The notes: a model not told the origin generated them from the sequence alone. A stretch of DNA of 64,000 bases from a bacterium (GCA_963663405.2 CAXXSM010000110.1:64001-128000), one strand, 5' to 3'. Positions 1-13,196 are shown, counted from the stretch's first letter. Made by a program: numbers and translations.

Positions 1-2187
1 GAAGATGATTTATTTACGCCGGAGACGATTTTAGCCGATCGAAAAAATATGGCGTATAACGGTACGCTGGTAACCTATGGACAAGGCCAAGGTATAGTGG
101 TAGCCATCGGCGACAAAACCGAAACGGGACGTATTTCACGGTTAATCTCAGAAGCAGTCGATCTGGCAACGCCATTAACTAAGAAAATTACAAAATTCAG
201 CCATGTTTTGCTTTATGTGATTCTTGCATTGGCTTTTTTGACTTTCGCGGTTGGTGTTTTTCGAGGTGAATCCGCCATTGAAATGTTCATGGCGTCCGTC
301 GCTTTGGCGGTGGGAGCGATCCCGGAAGGATTACCTGCGGCTGTCACGATTATGCTAGCCATTGGGGTTCGCCGAATGGCGAATCGAAAAGCCATCATTC
401 GAAAATTACCGGCTGTAGAGACGCTGGGAAGCACGACGGTCATTTGTTCGGATAAAACCGGCACATTAACCCAAAATCAAATGACGGTTCAACATCTCTT
501 CTGTGACGGGCAAGTGTTCGACGTGAGTGGGATTGGTTACCAGCCGGAAGGTGAAATCACAAAGGACGATCAACCCATCCGTGTTGACGAGAATGATGTG
601 TTGCAAGATTGTCTGACGGCCGGTCTTTTATGCAACGAATCGGAGATCTCACAAAATGATGGAAGATGGGAAATTCAAGGAGATCCGACAGAAGGCGCTT
701 TAGTTGTATCCGCCATTAAATCTGGATTGAACAAAGACGAAATCGAGTCAACTCTGCCAACCTGCGATATCATTCCTTTTGAATCACAACGGCAGTATAT
801 GGCGACTTTGCACCATAACCAGGATAGTGGAGAACGTGTGGTTTACGTAAAAGGAGCCGTCGAGAAACTGCTATCAATGTGTGATTCGATGATGATGGAT
901 GGAAACGAAAGTGAACTCGATTCAGAGTTAATCATTAATAAGACGAATGAGTTCGCCAGCCGTGGTATGCGTGTGCTTGCGCTGGCGAAACGATTTCATC
1001 CTGAGGATCATAATCATTTCCATAAAAATGAACTGGATGGAGGATTATGTTTCTTGGGATTACAAGCCATGATCGATCCACCACGGCCTGAAGTGGAAAG
1101 TGCGATTCAAGCGTGTAAGAGCGCCGGCATTCGGGTAAAGATGATAACAGGTGATCATGTTCTCACGGCTTCGGCCATCGCCAAGCAATTGGGATTGAGC
1201 GCCACTCATGGATACGATTCTGAGACTATTCCTACCGTCACGGGAGCGGAATTAATTCAATATTCTGACGAGGAATTAGTCGAATTAGCACAAAAAGCGG
1301 TTGTCTTTGCAAGAGTGGCTCCCGAGCAGAAACTCAAACTAGTCGAAGCGTTGCAAGCGAAAAACCATGTCGTCGCCATGACGGGAGACGGCGTGAATGA
1401 CGCCCCAGCTTTAAAACAGGCGGATATTGGTATCGCCATGGGCATTACTGGAACGGAAGTTTCAAAAGAAGCGGGAGATATGTTACTGACCGATGATAAT
1501 TTTGCGACGATCGAATCCGCTGTAGAAGAAGGAAGAGGTGTTTTTGATAACCTCACAAAATTCATTGCATGGACTCTTCCGACCAACATGGGAGAAGGAC
1601 TTGTCATCTTAGCGGCAATAATAGCCGGGATCACCCTGCCGATCTTACCAGTTCAAATATTGTGGATCAATATTACGACCGCTTTGCTCTTGGGATTAAT
1701 GCTTGCATTCGAACCGAATGAACAAGGCATTATGACACGTCCGCCCCGTGAATCCAATAGCCCAATTTTAACCCGCAATTTAATCGCGCGTATTTTGCTG
1801 GTCAGTTTTCTTATGCTGTGTGGAGCGCTTGGGCTTTTCCTTTGGAATCGCTCGGTTGGTGTTGGTCTGGAAGAGGCCCGTACCATTGCTGTCAGTGTGT
1901 TCGTTTTTGTAGAATTGGCCTATCTATTTAACTGCCGCTCCCTGACAATCCCCACACTAAAAATGAATTTCTTTTCTAATAAATTGGCGATTGTTGGTTC
2001 TATTGCGATGTTTATTGTCCAGTTGTTTTACATCTATTCCCCTTGGATGAATCATATTTTTCACAGTGCGCCAATTCGGCTCGGTGCATGGATACAAATC
2101 CTAGTAGTATCTATCGTAGCCTTTTGGATTGTTATACTCTTTGAGTTTTTGGAGAATCGGCAAATTACAAAAGAGGATCTGGATTAA
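1..2187 (+). CDS. Cation-transporting P-type ATPase (type IIA/PacL-like, probably Ca2+), 5'-truncated by window edge
   Basis: Motifs PEGL, CSDKTGTLT (phospho-Asp), GDPTEGAL, KGAVE, MIDPPR, TGDH and TGDGVNDAPALK. Frame 1 is open from base 1 (EDDLFTPETILADRKNMAY), so the start lies upstream of the window. Confidence 0.95.
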   Translation, partial: EDDLFTPETILADRKNMAYNGTLVTYGQGQGIVVAIGDKTETGRISRLISEAVDLATPLTKKITKFSHVLLYVILALAFLTFAVGVFRGESAIEMFMASVALAVGAIPEGLPAAVTIMLAIGVRRMANRKAIIRKLPAVETLGSTTVICSDKTGTLTQNQMTVQHLFCDGQVFDVSGIGYQPEGEITKDDQPIRVDENDVLQDCLTAGLLCNESEISQNDGRWEIQGDPTEGALVVSAIKSGLNKDEIESTLPTCDIIPFESQRQYMATLHHNQDSGERVVYVKGAVEKLLSMCDSMMMDGNESELDSELIINKTNEFASRGMRVLALAKRFHPEDHNHFHKNELDGGLCFLGLQAMIDPPRPEVESAIQACKSAGIRVKMITGDHVLTASAIAKQLGLSATHGYDSETIPTVTGAELIQYSDEELVELAQKAVVFARVAPEQKLKLVEALQAKNHVVAMTGDGVNDAPALKQADIGIAMGITGTEVSKEAGDMLLTDDNFATIESAVEEGRGVFDNLTKFIAWTLPTNMGEGLVILAAIIAGITLPILPVQILWINITTALLLGLMLAFEPNEQGIMTRPPRESNSPILTRNLIARILLVSFLMLCGALGLFLWNRSVGVGLEEARTIAVSVFVFVELAYLFNCRSLTIPTLKMNFFSNKLAIVGSIAMFIVQLFYIYSPWMNHIFHSAPIRLGAWIQILVVSIVAFWIVILFEFLENRQITKEDLD

Positions 2188-2208
2188 GAATGATGTACGA
2201 AAGTCTTT

Positions 2209-3135
2209 TTATTCCTTAACCGGACTGATAAAACCACTTGGTTTTATTGTCATCACCGAACAATTAATTTGATTCAGAATTTCTTCAGCAGTATTGCTCA
2301 TAAAGAGGCCAGCAATTCCGGTTCTGCCTAAACTACCCATAACGACAACATCAGCGTTTGTTGACTCGGCTACGGCGGGTATCACATCAGATGGATAACC
2401 TTTTTTTATGTGGATCTCAGCAGGAGCACTCGTAAAGTCACAACTTTCTATGAGTTTTTGAACCCGGTCCCATGACGCTAATTTTTCCTTATTAAGATGC
2501 ATTTCTAATTCTTCGGCTTTGATATTACCACGACCGGATTTTAGCAAAGACTCCCCAAACAATCGCCACGCATGCGCTATTTCCCATTTTGCTTGATACC
2601 GTTCCGCCAGGGAAGTCCCCAGCTGTAATAATTGTTTGTCAAGTTCATCATTCTGTCCATGATTTCTTGAGGCGGACAAGGCAATTAGTACTTTGCTTAA
2701 GCCGGTTTCTTTTTGATCTTTCACAACCCAAACTGGACATGGGCATTTTCGGATCAAATGCATGGCCGTGCTACCGAACAACATGGAACGAACCGGTCCA
2801 TCCACGCCACAAGCTGGTTTAATCACTAGGTCATATCTTTGTTGTTGAACCTTTCGTACAATCTCTAAAAAAGGAGTGCCGGTTAGCACTTCGATTTTTC
2901 CTTTAAAACGATCCCCGGCTATGGACATTATGAAATCTCTGATCTGGGCGCCTTTATCTTCGATAAGACCTTCTATAGAACCAGATCCAAGCCATGGTAT
3001 TGAGTAATCTTCAATCACGGAATACACATTCAATTCTGCCTGATTGCGCTCACTCAAATCCATGGCAAATTGAACCGCTGTTTTGGCTCGATCTAATTCC
3101 CCTAAAAACACAAGTATTTTTCTGAAACGTTTCAT
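2209..3135 (-). CDS. Universal stress protein, tandem USP domains (UspE-like)
   Basis: Two USP repeats: 'DLVIK...LFGSTAMHLIRKCPCPVWVVK' and 'DVVVMGSLGRTGIAGLFMSNTAEEILNQINCSVMTIKP'. RBS GAGGTG upstream. Confidence 0.92.
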   Translation of the reverse strand: MKRFRKILVFLGELDRAKTAVQFAMDLSERNQAELNVYSVIEDYSIPWLGSGSIEGLIEDKGAQIRDFIMSIAGDRFKGKIEVLTGTPFLEIVRKVQQQRYDLVIKPACGVDGPVRSMLFGSTAMHLIRKCPCPVWVVKDQKETGLSKVLIALSASRNHGQNDELDKQLLQLGTSLAERYQAKWEIAHAWRLFGESLLKSGRGNIKAEELEMHLNKEKLASWDRVQKLIESCDFTSAPAEIHIKKGYPSDVIPAVAESTNADVVVMGSLGRTGIAGLFMSNTAEEILNQINCSVMTIKPSGFISPVKE

Positions 3136-3367
3136 GATTTCACCTCAAAAAAAAATTGGCAATAGAATGCTATATATTTTAATATAAAGATTAGGAGAAA
3201 TAAATAAAAAATCAAGATTATTAGAAGTTGAAAAAAGGGTCATAGTGTATATTCCAAGAAATTGAATGCTTAATTTTCTGGTAATTGGTCAGCCTCCTGA
3301 AGTGGAAAATCCCACTAAATTATATATTGTGTAATATCCCCCTTTACAAATCCCTCTACTTTAGATT

Positions 3368-3389
3368 GACTACAGATGTAGTCTATAAT
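3368..3389 (+). promoter_or_regulatory. Palindrome GACTACA-GA-TGTAGTC (TACAnnTGTA core, BlaI/MecI/CopY-type box) abutting a TATAAT -10 upstream of the transposase
   Basis: Perfect 7-bp inverted repeat at 3368-3383, TATAAT at 3384-3389, transposase ATG at 3410. Function is inferred. Confidence 0.4.
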
Positions 3390-3409
3390 GCGAATTTGGT
3401 TGAGGGAAA

Positions 3410-4872
3410 ATGCCCACAGAAGTCATTCGGAAACAGATTGAAGATTTTTTAAATCAATCGGTGTCTGTTTCAGAAAATGAGATCAAAAACTTAGCTCGCA
3501 CTCTCATGGAAAATGGAGAAGACGGCATTCTATTTCTTCTTCTCCAATGCTCCAAACGAATTCAATAATTGGAGAAGGGACTCCCATCATCGATCACTCC
3601 CTCAACGCCTTCTGGTATGATTCCTCCTTATCAAAAAGCCTCTGCGCAAACGAAAAAGAAAAAAAGAAGGCAGGCGCGCAAAAGGGCCATCCCGGTTCCT
3701 GCCGTCCCAAACCCGATAAAATTGACCACCAAAAAGACCATCGGCTCGACCGCTGTCCTGATTACGGCGGGCCTCTCCAGCGATGCGAGGGAGAGCAAAG
3801 CACTCGTTCTCGAATCATCGAGGATATTCCAGAAGACATTCAGCCCATAGTAACGGAACACATCATTCATAGAGATTATTGTCCGGCCTGCCAAAAACAC
3901 GTTGAACCGAAGATCGATACTGCTTGCCGAAAATCAACGATTGGCAATCGCTTGTTGTGTTTGACGGCCTACTGGCATTATGCGCTGGGGATGACCATTG
4001 CGCAAATTCTGGACACCCTGAATTACCATTTGCACTTTCAATTAAGCAAGGGAGGCTTGATCCAGAAGTGGCATCAGTTACGAATGATCTTGCTTGTCTG
4101 GTATGAAGCGTTGGCTGCCGAGGTCCAACAATCGGCGGTGTTGCATGCGGATGAAACTGGCTGGCGCGTGAACGGACAGACCCATTGGTTATGGTGCTTC
4201 ACCAACGATCACACGACCTTCTATATGGTGGATCGCAGCCGGGGCAGTCCGGCCCTGAAACGATTCTTCCAAGAAGAATTCAATGGGATTCTGGTCACGG
4301 ACTTTTGGGCGGCTTACGATGCGGTCACGAATGGAGACCGGCAGTTCTGCCTGGTTCATCTGCTGCGCGAGTTGGAAAAGGTGAACCAGCGGAATGCCGC
4401 GGATGAGTGGCAGGCGTTTTCCAAAAAGACAAAGCGTTTGATCAAAGACGCTCTTCGGTTACGCGCGCAGGAGGATTTCTCTCCCGATACCTATGCGTCC
4501 CGAATCGACCGGCTCTATGAACGCTTGTTGGATTTGGCGTTGGCCTCTTACACGGATCCTGATACCCGCCGTTTGGCGAAGCGCTTGGAGAAATACCGGG
4601 ACGAGTTGTTCACTTTCTTAACTCACCCAAACGTTCCGAGCGACAACAATCATGCGGAACGAGACATCCGTTCGGCCGTGTTGATGCGGAAAGTCATTTA
4701 TGGGAACCGCAGCGCCGATGGCGCATTGACTCAATCCGTTTTAATGACCGTGTTTCGTACTCTCAAACGGCGAGGCTATAATCCAATCCAGACGCTCGTC
4801 TCGGCTCTCAGCGATTTTATTCTAACCGAAAAATTGCTCCCTTTCCTACCCGCTATCACTTCACATGACTGA
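3410..4872 (+). pseudogene. IS66 transposase (TnpC-like), disrupted
   Basis: ATG at 3410 after GAGGG. In-frame TAA near 3566, then PSTPSGMIPPYQK, then a frameshift in the A-run near 3655-3667 into the frame carrying HRDYCPAC, LHADETGW, QFCLVHLLRE and DNNHAERDIR. Confidence 0.88.
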
Positions 4873-4995
4873 CCTGATACCACAAACCATATATTAATCC
4901 ATTCCATTTGATGATTGACAATGTTATTATAGAAAAGTGCTAATAGAATATGATCATCATTGTTTTGAGTTATCAAAGGATATTGGGAGATTCTT

Positions 4996-5949
4996 ATGCC
5001 GACCATAACTCAATTGCAGTACATATTGGCTGTGCACAAAACCAAACATTTTGGCCGTGCCGCAGCCGACTGTTTTGTGAGCCAACCTTCTCTTTCGGCG
5101 CAAGTTCAAAAAGTGGAAGAGGAACTAGGAGTCGTTATTTTCGACCGCTCTAAAAAACCAGTGTTAATAACGGAAAAAGGAAAAAAGATCATAGAACAAT
5201 CCAAAAGGATTGTGACCGAATACAAAAAACTTTTGGAAGTCAATCAAAACCAAGACGATATTTCTGGAGAATTTCAACTTGGTATCATTCCAACCTTGGC
5301 GTCTTATTTACTTCCTCTTTTCATTGAACGGTTTTCAATTAAATACCCAAAAGTACAACTCACAATCAATGAATATAAAACACTAGATGCAATACGCGCA
5401 TTGCATGACGATGCGCTTGACGCTGGTCTGTTGGTAACACCTCTGAAAGACGATCATCTCATTGAGAGAGCCTTGTTCTATGAGCCGTTCTATCTGTTTG
5501 TCTCACAAAATCATGATTTTTTAAAAATGAGACGGATTACTGAAAAAGACTTAGAGACGGAATCGATTTGGTTATTGGAAGAAGGCCACTGTTTTCGGGA
5601 GCAGGTTCTAAAACTCTGTTCTACGAAAGACAAATGTCAGGTCTTAAAAAACGTAAATTTTGCCAGTGGAAATTTAGAAACGTTGATCAACTTGGTTCGG
5701 AAAGGGCGTGGTTACACGTTGCTTCCATACCTCGCTACATTGCAACTGCAAGAGAAAGAAAAAAAAAACTTGTTAAAACCATTTCACAACCATATTCCGA
5801 CCCGAGAAGTGAGTCTTGTGTATAGCCGCAGTTTTCTGAAACAAGATATTATAGGAGCGTTGGAGCAAGAAATTGTTCAGGGATTGCCCAAAGAAATATC
5901 TTCCCGAAAGAAAACAAACTTCGATATCATCGATTTCGAATTATCGTAA
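4996..5949 (+). CDS. oxyR: Hydrogen-peroxide-responsive LysR regulator OxyR
   Basis: LysR HTH (HFGRAAADCFVSQPSLSAQ), redox cysteine motif EEGHCFREQVLKLC, and position immediately upstream of katG. Confidence 0.92.
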   Translation: MPTITQLQYILAVHKTKHFGRAAADCFVSQPSLSAQVQKVEEELGVVIFDRSKKPVLITEKGKKIIEQSKRIVTEYKKLLEVNQNQDDISGEFQLGIIPTLASYLLPLFIERFSIKYPKVQLTINEYKTLDAIRALHDDALDAGLLVTPLKDDHLIERALFYEPFYLFVSQNHDFLKMRRITEKDLETESIWLLEEGHCFREQVLKLCSTKDKCQVLKNVNFASGNLETLINLVRKGRGYTLLPYLATLQLQEKEKKNLLKPFHNHIPTREVSLVYSRSFLKQDIIGALEQEIVQGLPKEISSRKKTNFDIIDFELS

Positions 5950-6000
5950 ATACAATAACCTCAAATACTTTTCAAGCACTGACACCTTTCTAAAGCAACC

Positions 6001-6036
6001 ATAGTTTTCTCCTATTGCAGGATAGGAAAAATGTAT
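6001..6036. promoter_or_regulatory. OxyR binding site upstream of katG
   Basis: ATAG-ttttctc-CTAT-tgcagg-ATAG-gaaaaat-GTAT, close to the ATAG-N7-CTAT-N7-ATAG-N7-CTAT consensus (one N6 spacer, one mismatch). Confidence 0.75.
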
Positions 6037-6236
6037 TTGTAATTGAAAATGGTTTTTGATACAATAAAAAAAATTATTGATTTGATGACCATCCTGTGGA
6101 AATCAGAACAATAATAAATGCCGTTTTCACCATGACGAGAATAATATTCATATATCCATTTTAGGGACAATTTTGTTCTCGTTGTGATTTTGCGCGGCGC
6201 TTTATCAATCTCTTGGTGCGAAAAAAAGAACCTTGA

Positions 6237-8480
<2,244 letters not shown>

Positions 8481-8506
8481 TTCTATTCGATGATTTACCG
8501 TCTCTG

Positions 8507-8534
8507 TCGGGCTCCCACAAGTACGGGAGCCCGA
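8507..8534 (+). terminator. GC-rich hairpin downstream of katG
   Basis: 10-bp perfect stem TCGGGCTCCC / GGGAGCCCGA with an 8-nt loop. No U-tract, so terminator function is uncertain. Confidence 0.55.
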
Positions 8535-8832
8535 AGTGCTGGATAGACGGAATTACTTTAGAGAAATCAACTAAAAAATTTCTACTGATGATGACAATTT
8601 CTGATAAGAATTGGATAAAGATATATCCAAAGTGTGAGTACTATTTTTTTATTGTTGATAATGGAAAATATTCATAAAGAAAGATATTTTTGTAATAGCC
8701 TTCGACTACATTTCACCTTAATCTCAAAAAAGCAGAATTGAAAATGGCGATTGGTTTAATATCGAATTAAATTAAGTTAGAATGTTAGCTGTTTTAATGA
8801 AACAGTTAATAATGACCTTTTTAGAGACCAAA

Positions 8833-9375
8833 CTATGCCCGCAAATGCAGGTTGAATTTTAGATTGAGACGAAAACGGCGTAGTGATGGTTCAGTTGTTC
8901 TGGGAAATTGGGCTGAGCCATAATTTTTTTGATTTGAGGGGAAATAACGACAGAACTTTTGCAGGATTGCTAGAATTGGTCCCATATCAACCAGCAATCG
9001 ATCTGCGAGAAACGTTCTTCCAGGTTTTCGCATCCATTCCGAGTGATTTTCTCATAGTCGGTGTGTTCCAGATTACATACCAAAGGTGTAGAGTAGTGCA
9101 TGTATGAATGCGTTTTGCCAATACAAGGAATTCTTGCATTACTTTCATTTCGTCTCCCTTAATCTCGAAAAAGTAGGATAAAAATTTCGGTTGGATAATA
9201 ATATCGAGTAGTGTTGAGTATGGATACCAATGATTAACGTGAATCAGTCAATCATACCGTTTTTGGGGATCGAAAAAAAGTGAATTGTTGTACGAATATT
9301 ATAATTCAAATATTCTGGTTTCATAAATATTGTAATTTCAGGCGTTTGGTACATTTGGGACACGGATGCAAAAAC
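8833..9375. repeat. Dispersed ~540-bp non-coding repeat, copy A
   Basis: Collinear with 14630-15168. Shared blocks include GTTCTGGGAAATTGGGCTGAGC, GGAAATAACGACAGAACTTTT, ATAGTCGGTGTGTTCCAGATTACATACCAA, TTAATCTCGAAAAAGTAGGAT and CGGATGCAAAA. Confidence 0.9.
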
Positions 9376-9552
9376 GCTGTACTAAATGAATCACACCTTC
9401 AGTCAAAAATGATCGGAAGAAAGGTTTTATAAATCATCAGTATATTTTGAATTAAAGAAACAAATCACTTCTTGACACAATTCGTTCTCCTATGCAAAAG
9501 TGAAATAAGAACTTGATTATTATTTGAGATTGAAGAAAGGAATAACGTTTCC

Positions 9553-11409
9553 ATGATGAACGATTGTGTTAGGAAATCCTGGATTTCCCTTTGTTTTGTC
9601 TTTTTATTAATAACCAATCCAGTTGCGCCAGCACATCCCTCTCTTCGTGAAAGCACACCATATGATGATTTCGTGATTCGGGAAGAGATGATTCCCATGC
9701 GTGATGGCGTCCGGTTATATACTGTGATTGTTTTTCCCAAAGTTTCCAATGGTTCTCTCCCCATACTGTTTGAGCGTACACCCTGGGATGCATCTGGAAA
9801 AATAATCGCAAACGATTCCACCCCAAAACTCAAAGATATGTTGGGTGATAAATACATTGACAAAGACTACATTTATGCCATTCAGGACATTCGAGGACGC
9901 TGCAAGTCTGAAGGAGATTTTTCTATGTATCGTCCACTGCGTGGACGATTTAATAAAACTGAAACGGACGAAGCCACAGACGCTTGGGACTCGATTGAAT
10001 GGTTGCTGAAAAACGTTTCGTGTAATGGCCATGTGGGTATTTTAGGCGAATCGTATGGAGGTTGGTTGGCGCTTGCAGCTTTGCGCGATCCCCATCCAGC
10101 TATCACAGCAAGCGTCGTCACTCACACGGATGCGGATTTTTGGAAAGATACATTTTTTCATTGGGGCGCATTTAAGGGATTGGAATCATTCGAATTCAGT
10201 ATTTGTTTGGAGTCGAATGTAAAGTCATTTACCGACTTTTCTTATCCAACTCGAGACAAGTATGATTGGATGTTGAGGCAAGGATCAGTTGGAACAAACC
10301 TCAGCCCGAATTTGGACGAACGGTATGAGATGTGGAAGGCTCTGATGAAATACCCAAACTATGGACCTTATTGGCGCGAACTTGCCGCGGATCGATGGTT
10401 CGACTCACCCTCTCGTATTGTGCCTACACTGTTCGTACATGGACTATTTGATCAGTGTAATATTAACGGTACACCCGCAGCTTATGCGGCAATGGAAAAA
10501 CATGACAAGAAGAACGATAAAATTTTCTTTGCAGCCACTCCAAGTTGTCACGATCTATATTGGAAAAATGGGCGCGAATTGGGCTCTTTACAGTTTGGAG
10601 AAGACACGACAACTCGTTATACAGAAGATGTATTGAAACCTTTTCTGCGCAAATTTATGCATAACGAAGAACTGTCACTCAGTCCAGTCACTGTATTTGA
10701 TACGGGCATGAATCGCTGGCGTCATTTTGACGCATGGCCGCCGGAAGGAAAAACCGCTCGCCTTTACTTACAACCGGAAGCGGGTGTAGCGTTTAAAAAA
10801 CCTACAATTAACAAATCTTTCACAGAGTATATATCCGATCCAGCCAAACCCATCCCTTATGCGCCGCGTCCACATTGGGGTGATGAAAGGGATCAACGAT
10901 GGCAGGTCGAAGATCAACGTTTCGTGCATAACCGTCCCGATGTGTTGACGTGGGTCAGTGAACCGCTTTCGGAACCGATTAGTGTGCGTGGGCCGGTGAC
11001 CGCTCATGTATTTGCGGAAACGACGGGGACAGACGCGGATTGGGTGGTGAAATTCATCGATGTCTATCCCGATATTTATCGCGATGTCGATATGTCAGGT
11101 TATCAGTTGATGGTAAGCGCGGATATTTTTCGAGGCCGGTATCGTGAAGATTATGAGGAACCGCATCCTATTAAGCCGAACGAGGTCTTCAAATATACAA
11201 TCCCCATGCCGCATTTAAATCACACCTTTAAAGAAGGCCATCGTTTTATGGTGCAGATTCAAAGCACGTGGTTTCCAAAGTATGACCGCAATCCCCAAAC
11301 CTATGTCGATTCGATTATGTTCGCGCCGGATGATTCGTATCGTAAGCAGACGCATCGAATCCATCACAGCAAGAAAAATCCGACGTTTCTGGAGTTTCGT
11401 ATTGACTAA
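9553..11409 (+). CDS. CocE/NonD-family hydrolase (alpha-amino acid ester hydrolase / glutaryl-7-ACA acylase-like), secreted
   Basis: Motifs IPMRDGVRL, QDIRGRCKSEG, nucleophile GESYGG, PepX-like C-domain (TGTDADWVVK, QSTWFPKYDRNPQT). Signal peptide. Confidence 0.92.
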   Translation: MMNDCVRKSWISLCFVFLLITNPVAPAHPSLRESTPYDDFVIREEMIPMRDGVRLYTVIVFPKVSNGSLPILFERTPWDASGKIIANDSTPKLKDMLGDKYIDKDYIYAIQDIRGRCKSEGDFSMYRPLRGRFNKTETDEATDAWDSIEWLLKNVSCNGHVGILGESYGGWLALAALRDPHPAITASVVTHTDADFWKDTFFHWGAFKGLESFEFSICLESNVKSFTDFSYPTRDKYDWMLRQGSVGTNLSPNLDERYEMWKALMKYPNYGPYWRELAADRWFDSPSRIVPTLFVHGLFDQCNINGTPAAYAAMEKHDKKNDKIFFAATPSCHDLYWKNGRELGSLQFGEDTTTRYTEDVLKPFLRKFMHNEELSLSPVTVFDTGMNRWRHFDAWPPEGKTARLYLQPEAGVAFKKPTINKSFTEYISDPAKPIPYAPRPHWGDERDQRWQVEDQRFVHNRPDVLTWVSEPLSEPISVRGPVTAHVFAETTGTDADWVVKFIDVYPDIYRDVDMSGYQLMVSADIFRGRYREDYEEPHPIKPNEVFKYTIPMPHLNHTFKEGHRFMVQIQSTWFPKYDRNPQTYVDSIMFAPDDSYRKQTHRIHHSKKNPTFLEFRID

Positions 11410-11478
11410 ACAAATCAGTTATATTGTTTCTAAGAAGAATTGAATATGAGTATTCATGTTATTGAAAAGAGGTGAATT

Positions 11479-13146
11479 ATGAAATCAAATTTCTTTCTTT
11501 TTGCTATGGTTTTTTGCGTTAGCGTTTCGATCGCATGGTCAGTTGAGTATGACATTGTTATTTATGGAGGAACTTCAGCAGGTGTGGCCGCCGCCGTACA
11601 AGCGTCTCGCATGGATAAAAGTTGCGTCATTATCCAGCACAATACCCATCTGGGCGGGTTGACCTCTGGCGGATTGGGCGCAACCGATATTGGTAACAAA
11701 GGCGCGATTGGCGGTATCTCGCGCGAATTTTATCGACGTGTGTACGACCATTACGCCAACGCTGACGCCTGGATTTTCCAAAAACGTGATGAATATCGAA
11801 GCCTATACAATACTCGAGGCCTATACCAAACGCCGGACGATAATTCGATGTGGACGTTTGAACCGCATGTCGCCGAAGCCATCATGAATCAAATGGTCTC
11901 CGAAGCGGACGTCGATGTTATCTTCAATGAACGTCTTGACTTAAAAGACGGTGTTGTCAAAAAGAGCGGACGTATCGTCTCCATCAAAATGGAAAGCGGC
12001 AAAGTATTTTCCGGGAAAATATTTATCGATACGACTTATGAAGGCGACTTGATGGCTAAAGCGGGCGTATCCTATCATGTTGGACGTGAAAGTAATGCGA
12101 CTTACGACGAGACGCTCAACGGCGTTTTCTTCAATATGTACTACCGCACTGACCGGGGAGATACTTATTGCAACGAGTATAATAATTTCACTCGCCCCAT
12201 CAGTCCTTATGTCGTGTTGGGTGATCCGTCGAGTGGATTGCTGCCCAGTATAAATGGCGGTGATCCCGGCAAAGCGGGGGAAGGCGACCATCGCATCCAA
12301 GCGTATAACTTCCGCCTTTGCCTGACCGACGCGCCTGAAAATCGCTTGCCTTTTCCCAAGCCCCAAAAATACAATCCACTTCGTTATGAACTTCTGCTCC
12401 GATATATCAAGGAGGGAGTGTTCGACGCCCTCAACCTAAGTACCCCCATGCCGAATCGAAAAACCGACACCAACAATAACGGCGGTTTTTCCAGTGACAA
12501 TATTGGCATGAATTACGACTACCCGGATTGTGATTATGAGATACGCGACCGCATCATTCAAGATCATGTTGACTACCAGCTGGGCATGATGTGGTTTTTA
12601 TGCAACGATCCTCGTATCCCGGAAGAGGTTCGCAACCAAGTCAATCGCTGGGGGCTGTGCAAAGATGAGTTCCTGGATACCAATCATTGGCCGCATCAAC
12701 TCTACGTCCGTGAAGCGCGCCGTATGATATCCGATCTTGTTATTACCCAACATCATTGTGAGGGAAAAGAAATCGTTGATGATCCCGTCGGCATGGCTGC
12801 TTATGGAATGGATTCGCACAATGTCCAACGTTTTATGGCCTATGGTATCGTACGAAACGAAGGTAATGTTGAAGTCGGCGTCCCAAAACCATACCCGATT
12901 TCCTATCGCGCCATTCGCCCGAAGAAAAGTGAATGCGAAAATCTTCTGGTTCCCGTTTGCGTCTCCTCTTCACATATCGCTTTCGGTTCGATTCGCATGG
13001 AACCCGTCTTCATGGTTTTAGGGCAATCCGCCGCGACAGCAGCCTCAATGGCGATTGACGAAAACATTGCCGTGCAGGATGTCGAATACGATAAACTTCA
13101 CCTTCGCCTCCTTGAAGACAACCAAGTTTTAGAATGGAAAGACTAA
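11479..13146 (+). CDS. Secreted FAD-dependent oxidoreductase (FAD_oxidored family)
   Basis: Motifs DIVIYGGTSAG, HLGGLTSGGLG, FIDTTYEGDL, YVREARR and SSSHIAFGSIRMEP. Signal peptide. Confidence 0.9.
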   Translation: MKSNFFLFAMVFCVSVSIAWSVEYDIVIYGGTSAGVAAAVQASRMDKSCVIIQHNTHLGGLTSGGLGATDIGNKGAIGGISREFYRRVYDHYANADAWIFQKRDEYRSLYNTRGLYQTPDDNSMWTFEPHVAEAIMNQMVSEADVDVIFNERLDLKDGVVKKSGRIVSIKMESGKVFSGKIFIDTTYEGDLMAKAGVSYHVGRESNATYDETLNGVFFNMYYRTDRGDTYCNEYNNFTRPISPYVVLGDPSSGLLPSINGGDPGKAGEGDHRIQAYNFRLCLTDAPENRLPFPKPQKYNPLRYELLLRYIKEGVFDALNLSTPMPNRKTDTNNNGGFSSDNIGMNYDYPDCDYEIRDRIIQDHVDYQLGMMWFLCNDPRIPEEVRNQVNRWGLCKDEFLDTNHWPHQLYVREARRMISDLVITQHHCEGKEIVDDPVGMAAYGMDSHNVQRFMAYGIVRNEGNVEVGVPKPYPISYRAIRPKKSECENLLVPVCVSSSHIAFGSIRMEPVFMVLGQSAATAASMAIDENIAVQDVEYDKLHLRLLEDNQVLEWKD

Positions 13147-13196
13147 TGGTATAATCAAAAACAAGATTTTACTCAAATCCATGCTTCAGCTAATTT

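Larger units (their letters stand above)
3281..4880 (+). mobile_element. IS66-family insertion sequence (single-ORF type), degenerate
   Basis: Imperfect ~24-bp TIRs: left GTAATTGGTCAGCCTCCTGAAGTG at 3281; right end reads GTATCAGGTCAGTCATGTGAAGTG on the minus strand, ending at 4880. GTA.. termini are typical of IS66. No matching target duplication found. Confidence 0.8.

Noticed and set aside
3560-3670. Programmed frameshift or readthrough producing active IS66 transposase
   Set aside because: It would need both TAA readthrough and a frameshift, the TIRs are degenerate, and one zinc-finger Cys appears mutated (CPDY). Decay is the simpler explanation.
8833-9107. Small ORFs 8833-9033(-) and 8883-9107(+) as real genes
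   Set aside because: The equivalent frames in repeat copy B contain stops or indels.
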